Source: Mesorhizobium carmichaelinearum (lineage in GTDB: Bacteria; Cyanobacteriota; Cyanobacteriia; PCC-6307; Cyanobiaceae). Taken from it: 64,000 nt of DNA. A program made the position numbers and the translations under genes. Below, in pieces: positions 19,948 through 29,663 of this stretch. The stretch covers positions 29,128-93,127 of the forward strand of contig CALRKZ020000001.1 of the NCBI GenBank assembly GCA_943368365.1, in the 5' to 3' direction. The notes under the pieces were generated by a model, which searched no databases, was not told the DNA's origin, and worked only from the letters and a program-made list of their open reading frames with translations. Numbering within the stretch: the first letter of the stretch is position 1; the number at the start of each line of letters is the position of its first letter.

Positions 19948-21888
19948 ATGGAGGAGCTGCTGGAGCGGGCCCGCCGGCTGGTGGTGGACACGATCGCGGC
20001 GCTGACGGAGGGGCACGACGCGGAGGCCATTGCCCACATCCCCGATGTGCTGCGGGCCTACGGCTGGCTGTGGGCGGAGCTGGCGGAGCTGCGCCGGCCG
20101 CTGGAGGCGGAGGAGGGGGAGCTGCTGCTGCAGCTGCTGGCGGCGATCGGCGGGCGCGTCAAAGCCGAAGGCGAACAGGCCGCCACGCCCGAGGCCCGGG
20201 CCGAGCTGTGCTGGCAGGTGCCGGTTCTGCTGCGGCGGCTGCGGGAGCGGGGCGGCGAGCTGCCCCACTGGCTGCCCCCGTTCGAGGAGCAGATGACCCG
20301 CACCGGAGCCCTGCTGTGGCGCGATCTGCACCGGGCCCGGCCCGAGCAGGCCGAAGCCCGGCCGCGGGCGCTCACGTTGCTGCTGCGGCTCTGCGAGCTG
20401 CACCAGCCGCCGAAGGCCTGGGTGGTGGGTTTCGCCAAGGAGCTGCTGGAGGAGGAGGTGACGCAGGAGGAGGTGGCAGCCTCCTCCGCCGGTGGCCACC
20501 TCGATGAAGGGCGCCAGGAGGAGCTGCGGCGCTGGGGCGAGCAGCTCGCGCGGGTGGAACCGCTGGAGCCGGAGCTGCGCCGGCGGCTCGCTGCCCTGGT
20601 GATTCCTGCGGCCAGGCCCCCCCAGCCGAACCCCGTGGATCTGGAGGCGCGGATCCGGCAGAGCGTGGAGCACTGGCTGGAGCAGAACCCGGGCGGTGGC
20701 GTGCCGGCCGAGCTGCGGCTGGTGTGCGTGCCGGGGGCCCGGCCGGTGCCCCACGACCGGCAGCGGCTGGAACTGAATCTGGCCCCCCTGCTGGAGCTGA
20801 ACGATCTCGAGGCGCTGGATCGGCTGGTGCAGGCCTTCTTCGAGCCACTGCGGGCCCAGGGGCGCGGTGCGGACTTCACGCTGCGGGAGCCCACCAGCAG
20901 CCTCTACGAATCGCTGGGTCTGCTCTGGCTGCAGGGGGAGGAACTGAGCGCGGCGGCCTTCTCGCGCCTGGCCTACGCCACGGCGGCCTGGAACCGCTGC
21001 GGCGGGCCGGGGGCCCTGGGCTCCCGCCTGCTCGGCTCCAGCCTGCGGATGGCGGAGCTGCGGGAGGGGGTGTCGGTGCTGCGACCCGAGGCCGTGGAGC
21101 TGGCGGCACTGCAATCGGTGCTGCACCGCCACCGCGAACTGGAGCCGGCGCTGGCCGCCATCCGCCGCCACCACCTGCTGCCGGCCTGGATGGAGCGCCG
21201 GCGGGAGGCGTGGTGGTTCGATCCCAGCGACACCGAGGAGAACCTCTGCCGGCTGCACCTGGAGGCCGGGTTCTATGCCAGCAGCCACGCGCCGCTGGAG
21301 TGCCTCGAGCGCTGGAGCCAGGCCGTGCTGGCGGCCCTGCTGCAGGGGCAGGTGGCGGGCACGGCGGCCAGCACGGGGTTCTATGCCGTGGCCCAGCGGC
21401 TGTTCGGGCAGACGGGGCGGGTGCCGGAGCTGGTGCAATGGCCCGGCGATCCGGCGATCTACGGCTTCTGGGCCGGCAAGGAGGTGGTGCTGGCCACCAC
21501 GCACGCGGCGGAGCTGGAGGCGCACCACCGTTCGGGCCAGGCGTTCCAGCTGTTCTCCGACCTCCGGATCTCCCCCTACGGACTGCGCTGCGTGCAGGCT
21601 CCGCTCTCGCGCTATCCGAACCGGCCGGCGGGCGGCTTCGGCGAGAGCCTGGATGCCTGCCTGGAGCAGATCGACGCGCTGCACCGGCAGCGGCCGTTCC
21701 GCGTGTTCGTGGCCGCCTGCGGGGTGTATGGCCTGCCCCTGTGCGAGGCGGTGCAACGGCGCTACGGGGTGAGCTGCCTCTGCAGCGGCGACCGGATGAA
21801 CGCCTACTTCGGCCTGGAGCAGGCGGCCACGGCCGACTGGCGGGCCGACGGGCGGATCCGGGAGCACTGGCTGAGCCCGGCCGCATGA
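19948..21888 (+). CDS. Hypothetical protein, paralog P1 of the gene at 23737..25437
   Basis: Full-length similarity to P2, for example ELCWQVPVLLRRLRERGGELPHWLPPFEEQMTRTGALLWRDL against TLCWRMQGLLRTHRELPVEAPAWMPVLEGQFVKDGALYWREL. The C-terminal block YGLRCVQAPLSRYPNRPAGGFGESL...ACGVYGLPLCEAVQRRYGVSC is also shared. The start may be 19843. Confidence 0.6.
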   Translation: MEELLERARRLVVDTIAALTEGHDAEAIAHIPDVLRAYGWLWAELAELRRPLEAEEGELLLQLLAAIGGRVKAEGEQAATPEARAELCWQVPVLLRRLRERGGELPHWLPPFEEQMTRTGALLWRDLHRARPEQAEARPRALTLLLRLCELHQPPKAWVVGFAKELLEEEVTQEEVAASSAGGHLDEGRQEELRRWGEQLARVEPLEPELRRRLAALVIPAARPPQPNPVDLEARIRQSVEHWLEQNPGGGVPAELRLVCVPGARPVPHDRQRLELNLAPLLELNDLEALDRLVQAFFEPLRAQGRGADFTLREPTSSLYESLGLLWLQGEELSAAAFSRLAYATAAWNRCGGPGALGSRLLGSSLRMAELREGVSVLRPEAVELAALQSVLHRHRELEPALAAIRRHHLLPAWMERRREAWWFDPSDTEENLCRLHLEAGFYASSHAPLECLERWSQAVLAALLQGQVAGTAASTGFYAVAQRLFGQTGRVPELVQWPGDPAIYGFWAGKEVVLATTHAAELEAHHRSGQAFQLFSDLRISPYGLRCVQAPLSRYPNRPAGGFGESLDACLEQIDALHRQRPFRVFVAACGVYGLPLCEAVQRRYGVSCLCSGDRMNAYFGLEQAATADWRADGRIREHWLSPAA

Positions 21889-22880
21889 TCCACTACGCGA
21901 TCCAGGACCACGGATCGGGCGCGACCCTGCCGGAGCTGGTGGGGCTGCTGGCCGGCGAGGGAGTGTCGGTGGACGTGTCGCTCGATGGGAGCGACGCGGC
22001 GCTGGAGCGGATCCGGCCCGCGCTGAGCGGCCTGGGGGTGCCGGTGGCCCTGCGGCGTTCGGAGGGCGTGTCGTGGGGGGGGCGGGGCATCGCCACGGAG
22101 GCGATCGCGGCGATGCGACGCGCGCTGGACCTGCCGGACTGGCGCTACTTCCTCAATCTCAGTGGCAGCTGCCTGCCGCTGCGCAGCCCGGCGGGGATGG
22201 TGGCGCTGCTGGAGGAGAGGGCAACCGGCGGGGCTCTGGGGTTCTGCCCCTGCTACCGCCTGGCCCGGCCGCTGGAGTGGATCTCCAGCCAGGCGGAGCC
22301 GGCGGCACCGGCCCGCTGCTTCCAGCTCGATCTCTACGGCCGCGTGAGCCTGCGGGTGGATCCGAGCCTGCGGGAGATGGTGGAGCAGGGGCGGCTCGAT
22401 CCAGCGCGCAACATCGGCCAGCGGGTGGGGCTGATGTACAGCGAATCGGCCAAGAACACCTACTGGGTGCGGCCGCTGGGCGCCGAGGAACTGCGGGAGC
22501 GGGCCGGCTTTCTGGCCCGGCAGCCGTTGCAGTACGGAAGGGCCTGGATCGTGCTGCACCGTTCGATCGTGGAATGGCTGGTGGGTTCCCAGGTGCTTGA
22601 GGAGGTGCTGCGCTTCCTGGAGGGGTGCTTCATCGCCGATGAGCTGATCTTCGGGATGACGCTGTTCAGCGCGGAGAATCCCCATCGCGGGGCGATGTGC
22701 GGCAACAATCTGCGCTACCGGGAGGGTGGGCCGCAGCGGATCGCCCTGGCCGAGCTGCCCGGGCTGATCGAGGCCGGGCAGCACCTTCTGGTGCGGAAGA
22801 TCCTGGCGGCCGACTACCCCGCCGCCGCAGAGATGGTGCGGCTGGCCTGGGCCAAGCAGTCCGGTGAGTCCGAGAACTAG
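21885..22880 (+). CDS. Glycosyltransferase family 14-like (core-2/I-branching type)
   Basis: VSWGGRGIATEAIAAMRRALDLPDWRYFLNLSGSCLPL matches the Branch-domain pattern (WGG...A.l.l...al....w.yfinLSg.d.Pl). ATGA overlap with the P1 stop. Confidence 0.65.
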   Translation: MIHYAIQDHGSGATLPELVGLLAGEGVSVDVSLDGSDAALERIRPALSGLGVPVALRRSEGVSWGGRGIATEAIAAMRRALDLPDWRYFLNLSGSCLPLRSPAGMVALLEERATGGALGFCPCYRLARPLEWISSQAEPAAPARCFQLDLYGRVSLRVDPSLREMVEQGRLDPARNIGQRVGLMYSESAKNTYWVRPLGAEELRERAGFLARQPLQYGRAWIVLHRSIVEWLVGSQVLEEVLRFLEGCFIADELIFGMTLFSAENPHRGAMCGNNLRYREGGPQRIALAELPGLIEAGQHLLVRKILAADYPAAAEMVRLAWAKQSGESEN

Positions 22881-22900
22881 GCTCATCTGCGTCGATCACC

Positions 22901-23740
22901 TTGGTGCCGTTGCTCGTCGACGTTCTCCACCTGCACGGCTTCAAGTGCGCCGGTAGCACCTTCATCTGGTCGCTGGAGCGGGCCACGGGCGGAGCACTGG
23001 CCTATCTGGAGTCGCCCAGCTCGGGTGATCGGCTCGACTGGCGGCTGGCGCGCGACTACCTGGCGGCCGCAGCGGAGCCACCACGGGCGGTGACCTCCCA
23101 CCTGATCACGTTGCCGCCACCGGGCGCGATCGCGCGGCTGAAGGTGGCCTTCCTGCGGGAGCCGATGGCCCGCATCGCCTCGGCCCATCGCTTCACCACC
23201 ACGGTGCAGCACTCGGCGCCGCCGGTGCCGTTCCGGCAGTATCTCGATGGGCTGGTGAGCTCCACCCTGGCTAACTTCCAGACGCGGCACCTCTCGCCCC
23301 AGGAACCGGGCGACTGGCTGCTGCGCCGGGGCTGGGCGCTGCGGCCGGAGCTGATCGATCTAAACCGCGAGGATCTGTTCGTGGGCCTGGTGGAGCGCTA
23401 CGACGAATCGATCGTGTTGCTGGAGCATGAGCTGGAGCGGATGGGCATCGCCATGGACCTGGCCTATCCCCACCGGTTCAACACCACGGCCCCCGCGGCG
23501 AAGGCCGATGCGGAGGATCCCCACCGCTTCACGCCCCCCGGCCTGGCGGTGACGGAACTGGATCTGAGCCTCTACCGGCGGGTGGAGCAGCGGCTGGAGG
23601 AACGCCTGGCGGCCCTGCCGCAGCGGGAGGAGCGGCTGGCGGCGTTCCAGCGGCGGCGGCAGGCGCTGGCCGAGCAGCCACCTTTGGTGCGCGTCAAGCC
23701 GCAGGCGGAGTGGGTATCGCTGCCCATGCCCGCCGCGTGA
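22901..23740 (+). CDS. Sulfotransferase family protein (PAPS-dependent type, putative)
   Basis: 5'-PSB-like VLHLHGFKCAGSTF and 3'-PB-like FLREPMARIASAHRF motifs, in the order seen in Sulfotransfer_2-type proteins. Confidence 0.5.
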   Translation: MVPLLVDVLHLHGFKCAGSTFIWSLERATGGALAYLESPSSGDRLDWRLARDYLAAAAEPPRAVTSHLITLPPPGAIARLKVAFLREPMARIASAHRFTTTVQHSAPPVPFRQYLDGLVSSTLANFQTRHLSPQEPGDWLLRRGWALRPELIDLNREDLFVGLVERYDESIVLLEHELERMGIAMDLAYPHRFNTTAPAAKADAEDPHRFTPPGLAVTELDLSLYRRVEQRLEERLAALPQREERLAAFQRRRQALAEQPPLVRVKPQAEWVSLPMPAA

Positions 23741-25437
23741 ACGGCGCGGCCGATCGCGCCACACGGGCCCTGCTCGATGAGGGCCGCTGGAGCGAGGCCC
23801 TCGACCGGCTGGAAGCCATCCTGAGCGGCCTGCGCCACCAGGCCGCGAACGATCCGGCCACGGCCGAACGCGACTGGGCGGCCTACGGCCGACTGGTGAA
23901 TGCCGCCACGGCGGCCATCCATCCCGTGGTGACGAGCATCAGCGAGGATCCACCGCCCCCAGTGGAGCGGGCCACGCTTTGCTGGCGCATGCAGGGGCTG
24001 CTGCGCACCCACCGCGAGCTGCCGGTGGAGGCGCCGGCCTGGATGCCCGTGCTGGAGGGCCAGTTCGTGAAGGACGGGGCCCTCTACTGGAGGGAACTGA
24101 TCGGCCGGGAGCCTGGGGCCGAGGCCAGGGCCCGGGGGCTGTTCGAGCGGCTGGCGCAGCTGCTCGATCCCTGTCCGCCCTGGGTGAAGCAGGCCATCGG
24201 GGAGCTGGGGGCGACGGCGACGACCCGACGGCTGGAACTGGTCTATCGCCCTGAGGAGCCGGAGCGGATCGAAGCCGACGGACGGTTGGCCCTGAACCTG
24301 GCTGCGCTGAGCGGCGGCAGCGATCCAGCAGCGGCGATCGGCCAGTGGGTCGCGGAGGTGGCCAGCGATCCCGGCTCAGCCGCCTGTGAGCTGGTTGAGC
24401 CACGGGAGAGCCTGGGCACCTCCCTGGCGGTGATGACACTGCTTGATGAGCCCATTCCCTGGGAAATGGCGGGCACTTGGGCCGCGGCGGCGGCGGCCTG
24501 GCGAGAGCTGGGCGGAACGGGCGGACCGCTCCGGAGCGCCGACAGGGCAGCGCCCACGCCCGCACCGGATCCCGGTGGCGTGGATCTGCTGCTGGAACTC
24601 GATCCCGTGGAGCTGGCGGTGCTGCGGGGAACCGTGTTCCGCGAGGAGGCGATCACGGCAGCGATCGATCGGCTCCGGCAGGAGGAAGCCCGGCCCGCCT
24701 TCTGGCTCACCGGCCAGCGTGATCCCGGCTGGTGGATGGGAGGTTTCGATGCGGTGGATGCCCTGCGGCGCTTCGTTCGCGACCGGGGCTTCTATGCCGG
24801 CCACGCCGATCCTGCTGCCAGCCTCCGGGCCTGGAGCGAAGCCGCCCTGGGGGTGCTGACGCAGATCTGCCTGTGGGGGGAGGGGGCGCTCTGGAGCGCC
24901 GACGAAGCCAGCCACTGGATGGCTCCTGCGCTCGTGCAGGCGCTGAGCCGGGGCAGCGGACGGCTCACAGCGATCGGCGACTCCCCGGAAGCGACGGCGC
25001 TGCAGCGGGGCATCGGCGGCAGGGACGTGCTCTACGTGGGCGTGGCGGCCGATGCGGTGGAAAGCCAGCACCGAAGCGGCAGGGCCCTGCGGCTGTTCGA
25101 GGATCAGGACACACCGGCCTATGGACTGCGCTGCCTGGAGCCGCCCGAGTCACGCTATCCACACCGGCCCCATGGGGGGTTCGAGCACAGCCTCGAGCAC
25201 TGCCTGAGCAGCATCACGGCGCTGCACGACGATCACCCCTTCGAGCTGGTGGTGCTGGGGGGTGGCGCCTATCGGATGCCCCTGTGCCTGGAGCTGCGGC
25301 GCCGCCATGGGGTGAGCTGCTGGGCCTTCGCCGGAGGGGGGCACCAGGTGTTTGGCGTGGAGCTACCCGGCGACCGGCCGCTACCGGACGGCGCCCCGCG
25401 AACTGAGAAATGGCTGAGGCTGACCCATCAGGCCTGA
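23737..25437 (+). CDS. Hypothetical protein, paralog P2 of the gene at 19948..21888
   Basis: See P1. GTG at 23737 forms a GTGA overlap with the upstream stop. An alternative GTG lies at 23710. The C-terminal block is YGLRCLEPPESRYPHRPHGGFEHSL...GGGAYRMPLCLELRRRHGVSC. Confidence 0.6.
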   Translation: MNGAADRATRALLDEGRWSEALDRLEAILSGLRHQAANDPATAERDWAAYGRLVNAATAAIHPVVTSISEDPPPPVERATLCWRMQGLLRTHRELPVEAPAWMPVLEGQFVKDGALYWRELIGREPGAEARARGLFERLAQLLDPCPPWVKQAIGELGATATTRRLELVYRPEEPERIEADGRLALNLAALSGGSDPAAAIGQWVAEVASDPGSAACELVEPRESLGTSLAVMTLLDEPIPWEMAGTWAAAAAAWRELGGTGGPLRSADRAAPTPAPDPGGVDLLLELDPVELAVLRGTVFREEAITAAIDRLRQEEARPAFWLTGQRDPGWWMGGFDAVDALRRFVRDRGFYAGHADPAASLRAWSEAALGVLTQICLWGEGALWSADEASHWMAPALVQALSRGSGRLTAIGDSPEATALQRGIGGRDVLYVGVAADAVESQHRSGRALRLFEDQDTPAYGLRCLEPPESRYPHRPHGGFEHSLEHCLSSITALHDDHPFELVVLGGGAYRMPLCLELRRRHGVSCWAFAGGGHQVFGVELPGDRPLPDGAPRTEKWLRLTHQA

Positions 25438-25513
25438 ACGCCGCCGTCGCGAACGACACCCTCCCTGCTGAGAACGCCGCGTAGCATCCGCGCCCAGATG
25501 CCAGGCGGGATCG

Positions 25514-26389
25514 TTGCTTGTGAGTTCCGCTCAGGGTGTGATTCCATCGGAGGCCTGCCTGGGCTTTCACCGGTTTCACCGCACGTTCGACTCGTTCGAT
25601 GCTTTTCTCCCCCTGCTCGGCCCCCAGATCGCCCAGGCCGGAATCATCGAGGAATGCCTGCGGGTGATCCGTCTGGTGGGTTGCCTCGAACCGCTCAGCG
25701 GCCGGCATTTCCCTCCCGATGAGATCCTGATCGATTCCGGCAACGTGCGGGAATCGCTCACGGCCCAGGGCTGCCTGAGCCGGAACCGGGCCACGATGCT
25801 GGCGATCGAGCAGGTGTTCGGCCGCCTGGAGCGGCTCTCGGCCGCCAGGGTGTATCTGGCGGAGGCCCTCACTGGCTTTGCGCGGCGGCTGGAGGGCTGG
25901 TGCCCCGGGATCGTGCTGAGCGAATACCTCGACGGCGCGCCCCTCGCGACTGGCGGGTCGTTCGAGCACCAGGATCTCACCGCCCTCTCCTTCGCCGACC
26001 AATCCTTCGATCTGGTGCTGGTGAACGAGATCTTCGAGCATGTGGCGCCGCTCGAAACGGCGATCGCCGAGATCCATCGGGTGCTGTGCCCCGGCGGGCG
26101 GCTGATCAGCACCTTCCCCTTCGCCTACGGACAGCACGAGTCGGTGGTGAAGGCCGTGCGCAATCCAGGCGACGGCAGCGTGGAACATCTGATGGAGATC
26201 GAGCGGCACATGGATCCCCTGCGACCCGACGAGGGATCGATGGTCTTTCAGATTCCGGGCTGGTGCATCCTCGATGAGCTGCGCGCGGTCGGCTTCTCCC
26301 TGGCGCGGATGCACTACATCGCCAGCTGGAAGCATGGCGTGCTCGGAGCCGACATTCCGGGGATCTTCGTGCTGGAGGCGCAACGCTGA
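25514..26389 (+). CDS. Class I SAM-dependent methyltransferase
   Basis: FDLVLVNEIFEHVAPLETAIAEIHRVLCPGGRLISTFPF is a typical Methyltransf_11 post-I/II region. TTG start is uncertain. The stop shares one base with the next ATG (TGATG). Confidence 0.7.
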   Translation: MLVSSAQGVIPSEACLGFHRFHRTFDSFDAFLPLLGPQIAQAGIIEECLRVIRLVGCLEPLSGRHFPPDEILIDSGNVRESLTAQGCLSRNRATMLAIEQVFGRLERLSAARVYLAEALTGFARRLEGWCPGIVLSEYLDGAPLATGGSFEHQDLTALSFADQSFDLVLVNEIFEHVAPLETAIAEIHRVLCPGGRLISTFPFAYGQHESVVKAVRNPGDGSVEHLMEIERHMDPLRPDEGSMVFQIPGWCILDELRAVGFSLARMHYIASWKHGVLGADIPGIFVLEAQR

Positions 26390-28374
26390 TGAGCCGCCAT
26401 GAGATCGCCACACTCCAGCGGCAACTGCTGGAAACCCCGCAGGACCTCCAGGGCTGGGAGCGACTGACCGCCCTGCTGGGCAGCCGCCGGGCCGCGGTGG
26501 TGCCGCCGGAGCCGGAACGAACCGCCGAGCCACCTGCCGAACGGCCGTCGCCGGAGCGGCCGGACATGGCCATCACGCCGCTGGAGCGTGGGGTGTTCGC
26601 CGAACCGGCGATCGAGCGGCTCAGCCCGGAGGCTGTGTTCCGCAAGGCCAAGCAGCGGGTGGATGAGGAGCGCTTCGAGGAGGCGATCGCTTTGGTGGAG
26701 GAGTGGCTGAGCAGGGCAGCCGCTGGGGGAAGCGATCCGATGCTGGCGTTCATTCGCGCCCACGCCTACCGCCAGAGCGGCAAGGCGGAGGAGGCCCTGT
26801 CGATCCTGCAGCCCTTCCGGGAGAAGGCCGACACGCCGTGGATTCCCTTCGAACTGGGCCTGATCCACAAGGCCCTGGGCCAGGCCGACGAGGCCTATCT
26901 GTGCTTCCGCGAGGCCAAGGGAATCCAGCCCGATTTCACCTGGGCCGCGATCGAGGCCAACCGCACCACCGCCGAAGGCGACGTGCCGCTCGGCCGGCTC
27001 GACGCGATCACGGCCCAGGGCGCCGACACCGGCGGAGCCGTGGAGGTGCACCTCGATCGCAGCCTGCGCTGTGGGGGGCTGCTGCTGCTGATCGGTTGGT
27101 GCCGGGAAGCCTTCGGCAACGGCAGCCATTTCCGGCTGAGCGATCCGCTCATGCCCGGTGCCCATGCCGTGGGGTCGGCCACCTTCTACCACCGCCCCGA
27201 CGTGTGCCAGGCCCTCGGGCTGCCGGAGCAGCAGCGCCACGGCTTCGCCACCCTGATCGACTGTTCGGCGTTCCGGCGCTGGTCGGAGCTGGGGCAGCTG
27301 CGTCTGATGGTGGAGCCCGAAGGCGAGGGGAACGCACGCTCCACCTCGGTGGAGCTCTGTCTGGCGGAGGTGCCTGAGGAAAGCAGCACGCCGCGCTTCT
27401 TCGAGGCGGCCTTCGGCGTGTTCCGAGTGTCGATCGACAGCGGGAACCGTTGGCCGGATTCACTGCGGCTGTTCACCCCGCAGGCCGTGCTGGGGGCGTC
27501 GGCCCTGTTCGAGCGCCACGTGGCCGCCGAGCGTCACGACGTGGAGCCGCACTGGCTCACACGCACGCCCCAGGATCAGCCGCCGCTGGCCTCGGTGATC
27601 TTCGTGCAGCTGGGCTCGTTCGTGGCGGCCAAGCCGGCCATCCTGCAGCTGGCGAAATGTGGATTGCCGCTGGAGCTGATCGTGGTGAACAACTCCCCGG
27701 AGCTGTTCTCGGAAACCTTCCACATCCTTGATCGTTTCTCGGACATCCGGCCGGGTCTGCGCATCGGCATCCTGAACCGGGCCACGAATCTCGGCTTCTC
27801 AGCCGGTTGCAATCTCGGGGCGGCGCACGCCTCGGGCGAATGTCTGCTGTTCCACAACAACGATCTGTTCGCCGACTCCGTGGTGGACTACAAGCTGCTG
27901 GTGGCACGGACCCTGAACGAACCGAATGCGATCCACAGCGCCTATCAGTATTTCACCGATGGCACGTTGATGCAGGAGGGCCTCACCGCCACCCGGCTCA
28001 CCACGGCAAAAGCCGGAACAATTCCCCTGTTCAACGGCTTTTCGGTGGGCCGCAACCAGACGCGGGCCGACGTGATCGCCTGCTCGGGATCCCTGATGGC
28101 GATCAGCGCGCCACTGTTCCGCCATCTGGGTGGCTTCAGCGAGGAGATCATCTACGCCCACTTCGAGGATTTCGACCTCTGCCTGAGGGCGCGCCAGGAG
28201 GGCATTCCCGTGCGGGTGTGGGATGACATCAAGTTCTACCACGCGGAAGGCACGGGGTCCGTGGCGCCGTACCACCTCAGTGGTACCACCAGTCACATCA
28301 ATCGGCTGCTGTTTTCGCTGAAATGGCGGCGCGTGCTGGAAGGCATGGATCTGCCGGTGGAGTATTCGCTATGA
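26389..28374 (+). CDS. TPR-repeat protein fused to a glycosyltransferase family 2 domain
   Basis: N-terminal TPR-like helices. GT2 core ASVIFVQLGSF...LELIVVNNSPE...GFSAGCNLGAAHASGECLLFHNNDL and EDFDLCLRARQEG. Confidence 0.8.
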   Translation: MSRHEIATLQRQLLETPQDLQGWERLTALLGSRRAAVVPPEPERTAEPPAERPSPERPDMAITPLERGVFAEPAIERLSPEAVFRKAKQRVDEERFEEAIALVEEWLSRAAAGGSDPMLAFIRAHAYRQSGKAEEALSILQPFREKADTPWIPFELGLIHKALGQADEAYLCFREAKGIQPDFTWAAIEANRTTAEGDVPLGRLDAITAQGADTGGAVEVHLDRSLRCGGLLLLIGWCREAFGNGSHFRLSDPLMPGAHAVGSATFYHRPDVCQALGLPEQQRHGFATLIDCSAFRRWSELGQLRLMVEPEGEGNARSTSVELCLAEVPEESSTPRFFEAAFGVFRVSIDSGNRWPDSLRLFTPQAVLGASALFERHVAAERHDVEPHWLTRTPQDQPPLASVIFVQLGSFVAAKPAILQLAKCGLPLELIVVNNSPELFSETFHILDRFSDIRPGLRIGILNRATNLGFSAGCNLGAAHASGECLLFHNNDLFADSVVDYKLLVARTLNEPNAIHSAYQYFTDGTLMQEGLTATRLTTAKAGTIPLFNGFSVGRNQTRADVIACSGSLMAISAPLFRHLGGFSEEIIYAHFEDFDLCLRARQEGIPVRVWDDIKFYHAEGTGSVAPYHLSGTTSHINRLLFSLKWRRVLEGMDLPVEYSL

Positions 28375-29663
28375 GCCGCTACGATCTGGTGATCCTGAGC
28401 CTGTTCCACCCCAAAGTGGTGCATGGTGGAGCGCAGCAATGCGCCTACGACCTTTTTCTGAATCTGCGCAAGTACTCCGATCTGCGGGTGTGCTTCATCG
28501 GTGCCACATCTCCCCAGACGAATCTTCGCCCCAAGGCCTCAGCCTATCTGCGGAAGGTGCCTGGAGCCGAAGATGAATATTATTTCTTTACCGGCGAATA
28601 TGATTACTTCTGGCACAACTGCGTGGATTCACGGGCGATCAAGGATCTCACGCTATTCATTCGCAGCCTGGAACCCCGTTCGGTGTTCATCTCGCACTAC
28701 ATGCACATCGGCATCGACCTGCTGGCCCTGCTGCGCTTTGCCCTGCCAGATGTTCACATCAGCGTGGGATTGCATGAAATGCTGTTCGCGTGCCTGGCCG
28801 ATGGGCAGATGGTGAAGAAAACGAACGGCGGCCTCTGCAGCAAGGCAGAGCCGGAGTTGTGCGCCATGTGCTTCCCCCACATCACCGCCGACACCTTCAT
28901 GGCCAGACACAAGCACACCGTGGATCTGCTCGAGATGGCCGACAGCTACATCGTGCCGGCCAAACACCTGGGCGGCGTGTTGCAACGGGAAATGGGGATC
29001 GACAGCCAGCGCATCCACGTGATCAACCATCCGATCGATCTGGAGCGCTATCCGGCCACCGCACCGGAGCCAACCCGCCAGAAACCGGTTCGATTCGGTT
29101 TCTTCGGTCAGTTCGTGGACAACAAGGGAATCCATGTGCTGCTGAAGGCCGGTGACCTGCTCAACCGCAGCCAACCGCTGCGGCCCTTCCAGATCGTGAT
29201 CAACGGCGGCAACAAGAACTTCGCCACCGGCGACTACCAGCAGAAAGTGGAAGCCATGATCAGCGAGAGCCACGCCTGGGAGCACGGCGAGGTGGTGGAG
29301 CTGGGCGGCTACACCCACGACGAGCTGCTCAGCCGCATGGCCGGTGTGGATGTGGTGGTGGTGCCCTCCACCTGGCCGGAAGTGTTCGCCCTGGTGGTCA
29401 CCGAGGCGTTCGCCTGCTACAAGCCAGTAATCGCCGCCTTCATCGGCGGGCTGGCGGAGCGAGTGCAGCATGGTGTGGATGGCTTCAATTTCGTGGCCAG
29501 AGATCCTGCCGATCTGGCCGCCAAGATGACGCTCTTCCTGGAGATGGGGGAGGAACGGTATCTGGAGATGGCCCATGCCGCCCATCAAACCGCCAGCCAG
29601 CTGAGCCCACGCCGAGCCCTGGAGAGTTACTACAAAGCCCTCGCCGTGGGAGGGAAGTCATGA
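28371..29663 (+). CDS. Glycosyltransferase family 4 (GT-B)
   Basis: RYDLVILSLFHPKVVHGGAQQ N-terminus. The C-terminal part has VVVVPSTWPEVFALVVTEAFACYKPVIAAFIGGLAERVQHGVDGFNF. ATGA overlaps at both ends. Confidence 0.8.
   Translation: MSRYDLVILSLFHPKVVHGGAQQCAYDLFLNLRKYSDLRVCFIGATSPQTNLRPKASAYLRKVPGAEDEYYFFTGEYDYFWHNCVDSRAIKDLTLFIRSLEPRSVFISHYMHIGIDLLALLRFALPDVHISVGLHEMLFACLADGQMVKKTNGGLCSKAEPELCAMCFPHITADTFMARHKHTVDLLEMADSYIVPAKHLGGVLQREMGIDSQRIHVINHPIDLERYPATAPEPTRQKPVRFGFFGQFVDNKGIHVLLKAGDLLNRSQPLRPFQIVINGGNKNFATGDYQQKVEAMISESHAWEHGEVVELGGYTHDELLSRMAGVDVVVVPSTWPEVFALVVTEAFACYKPVIAAFIGGLAERVQHGVDGFNFVARDPADLAAKMTLFLEMGEERYLEMAHAAHQTASQLSPRRALESYYKALAVGGKS

Noticed and set aside
21300-21888. 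Assigning the shared C-terminal domain of P1/P2 to the GT-D (DUF1792) glycosyltransferase fold
   Set aside because: The idea rested only on a G.G.Y..PL Rossmann-like stretch. I could not find the other GT-D hallmarks by eye, so the domain is left as unknown pending profile or structure searches.
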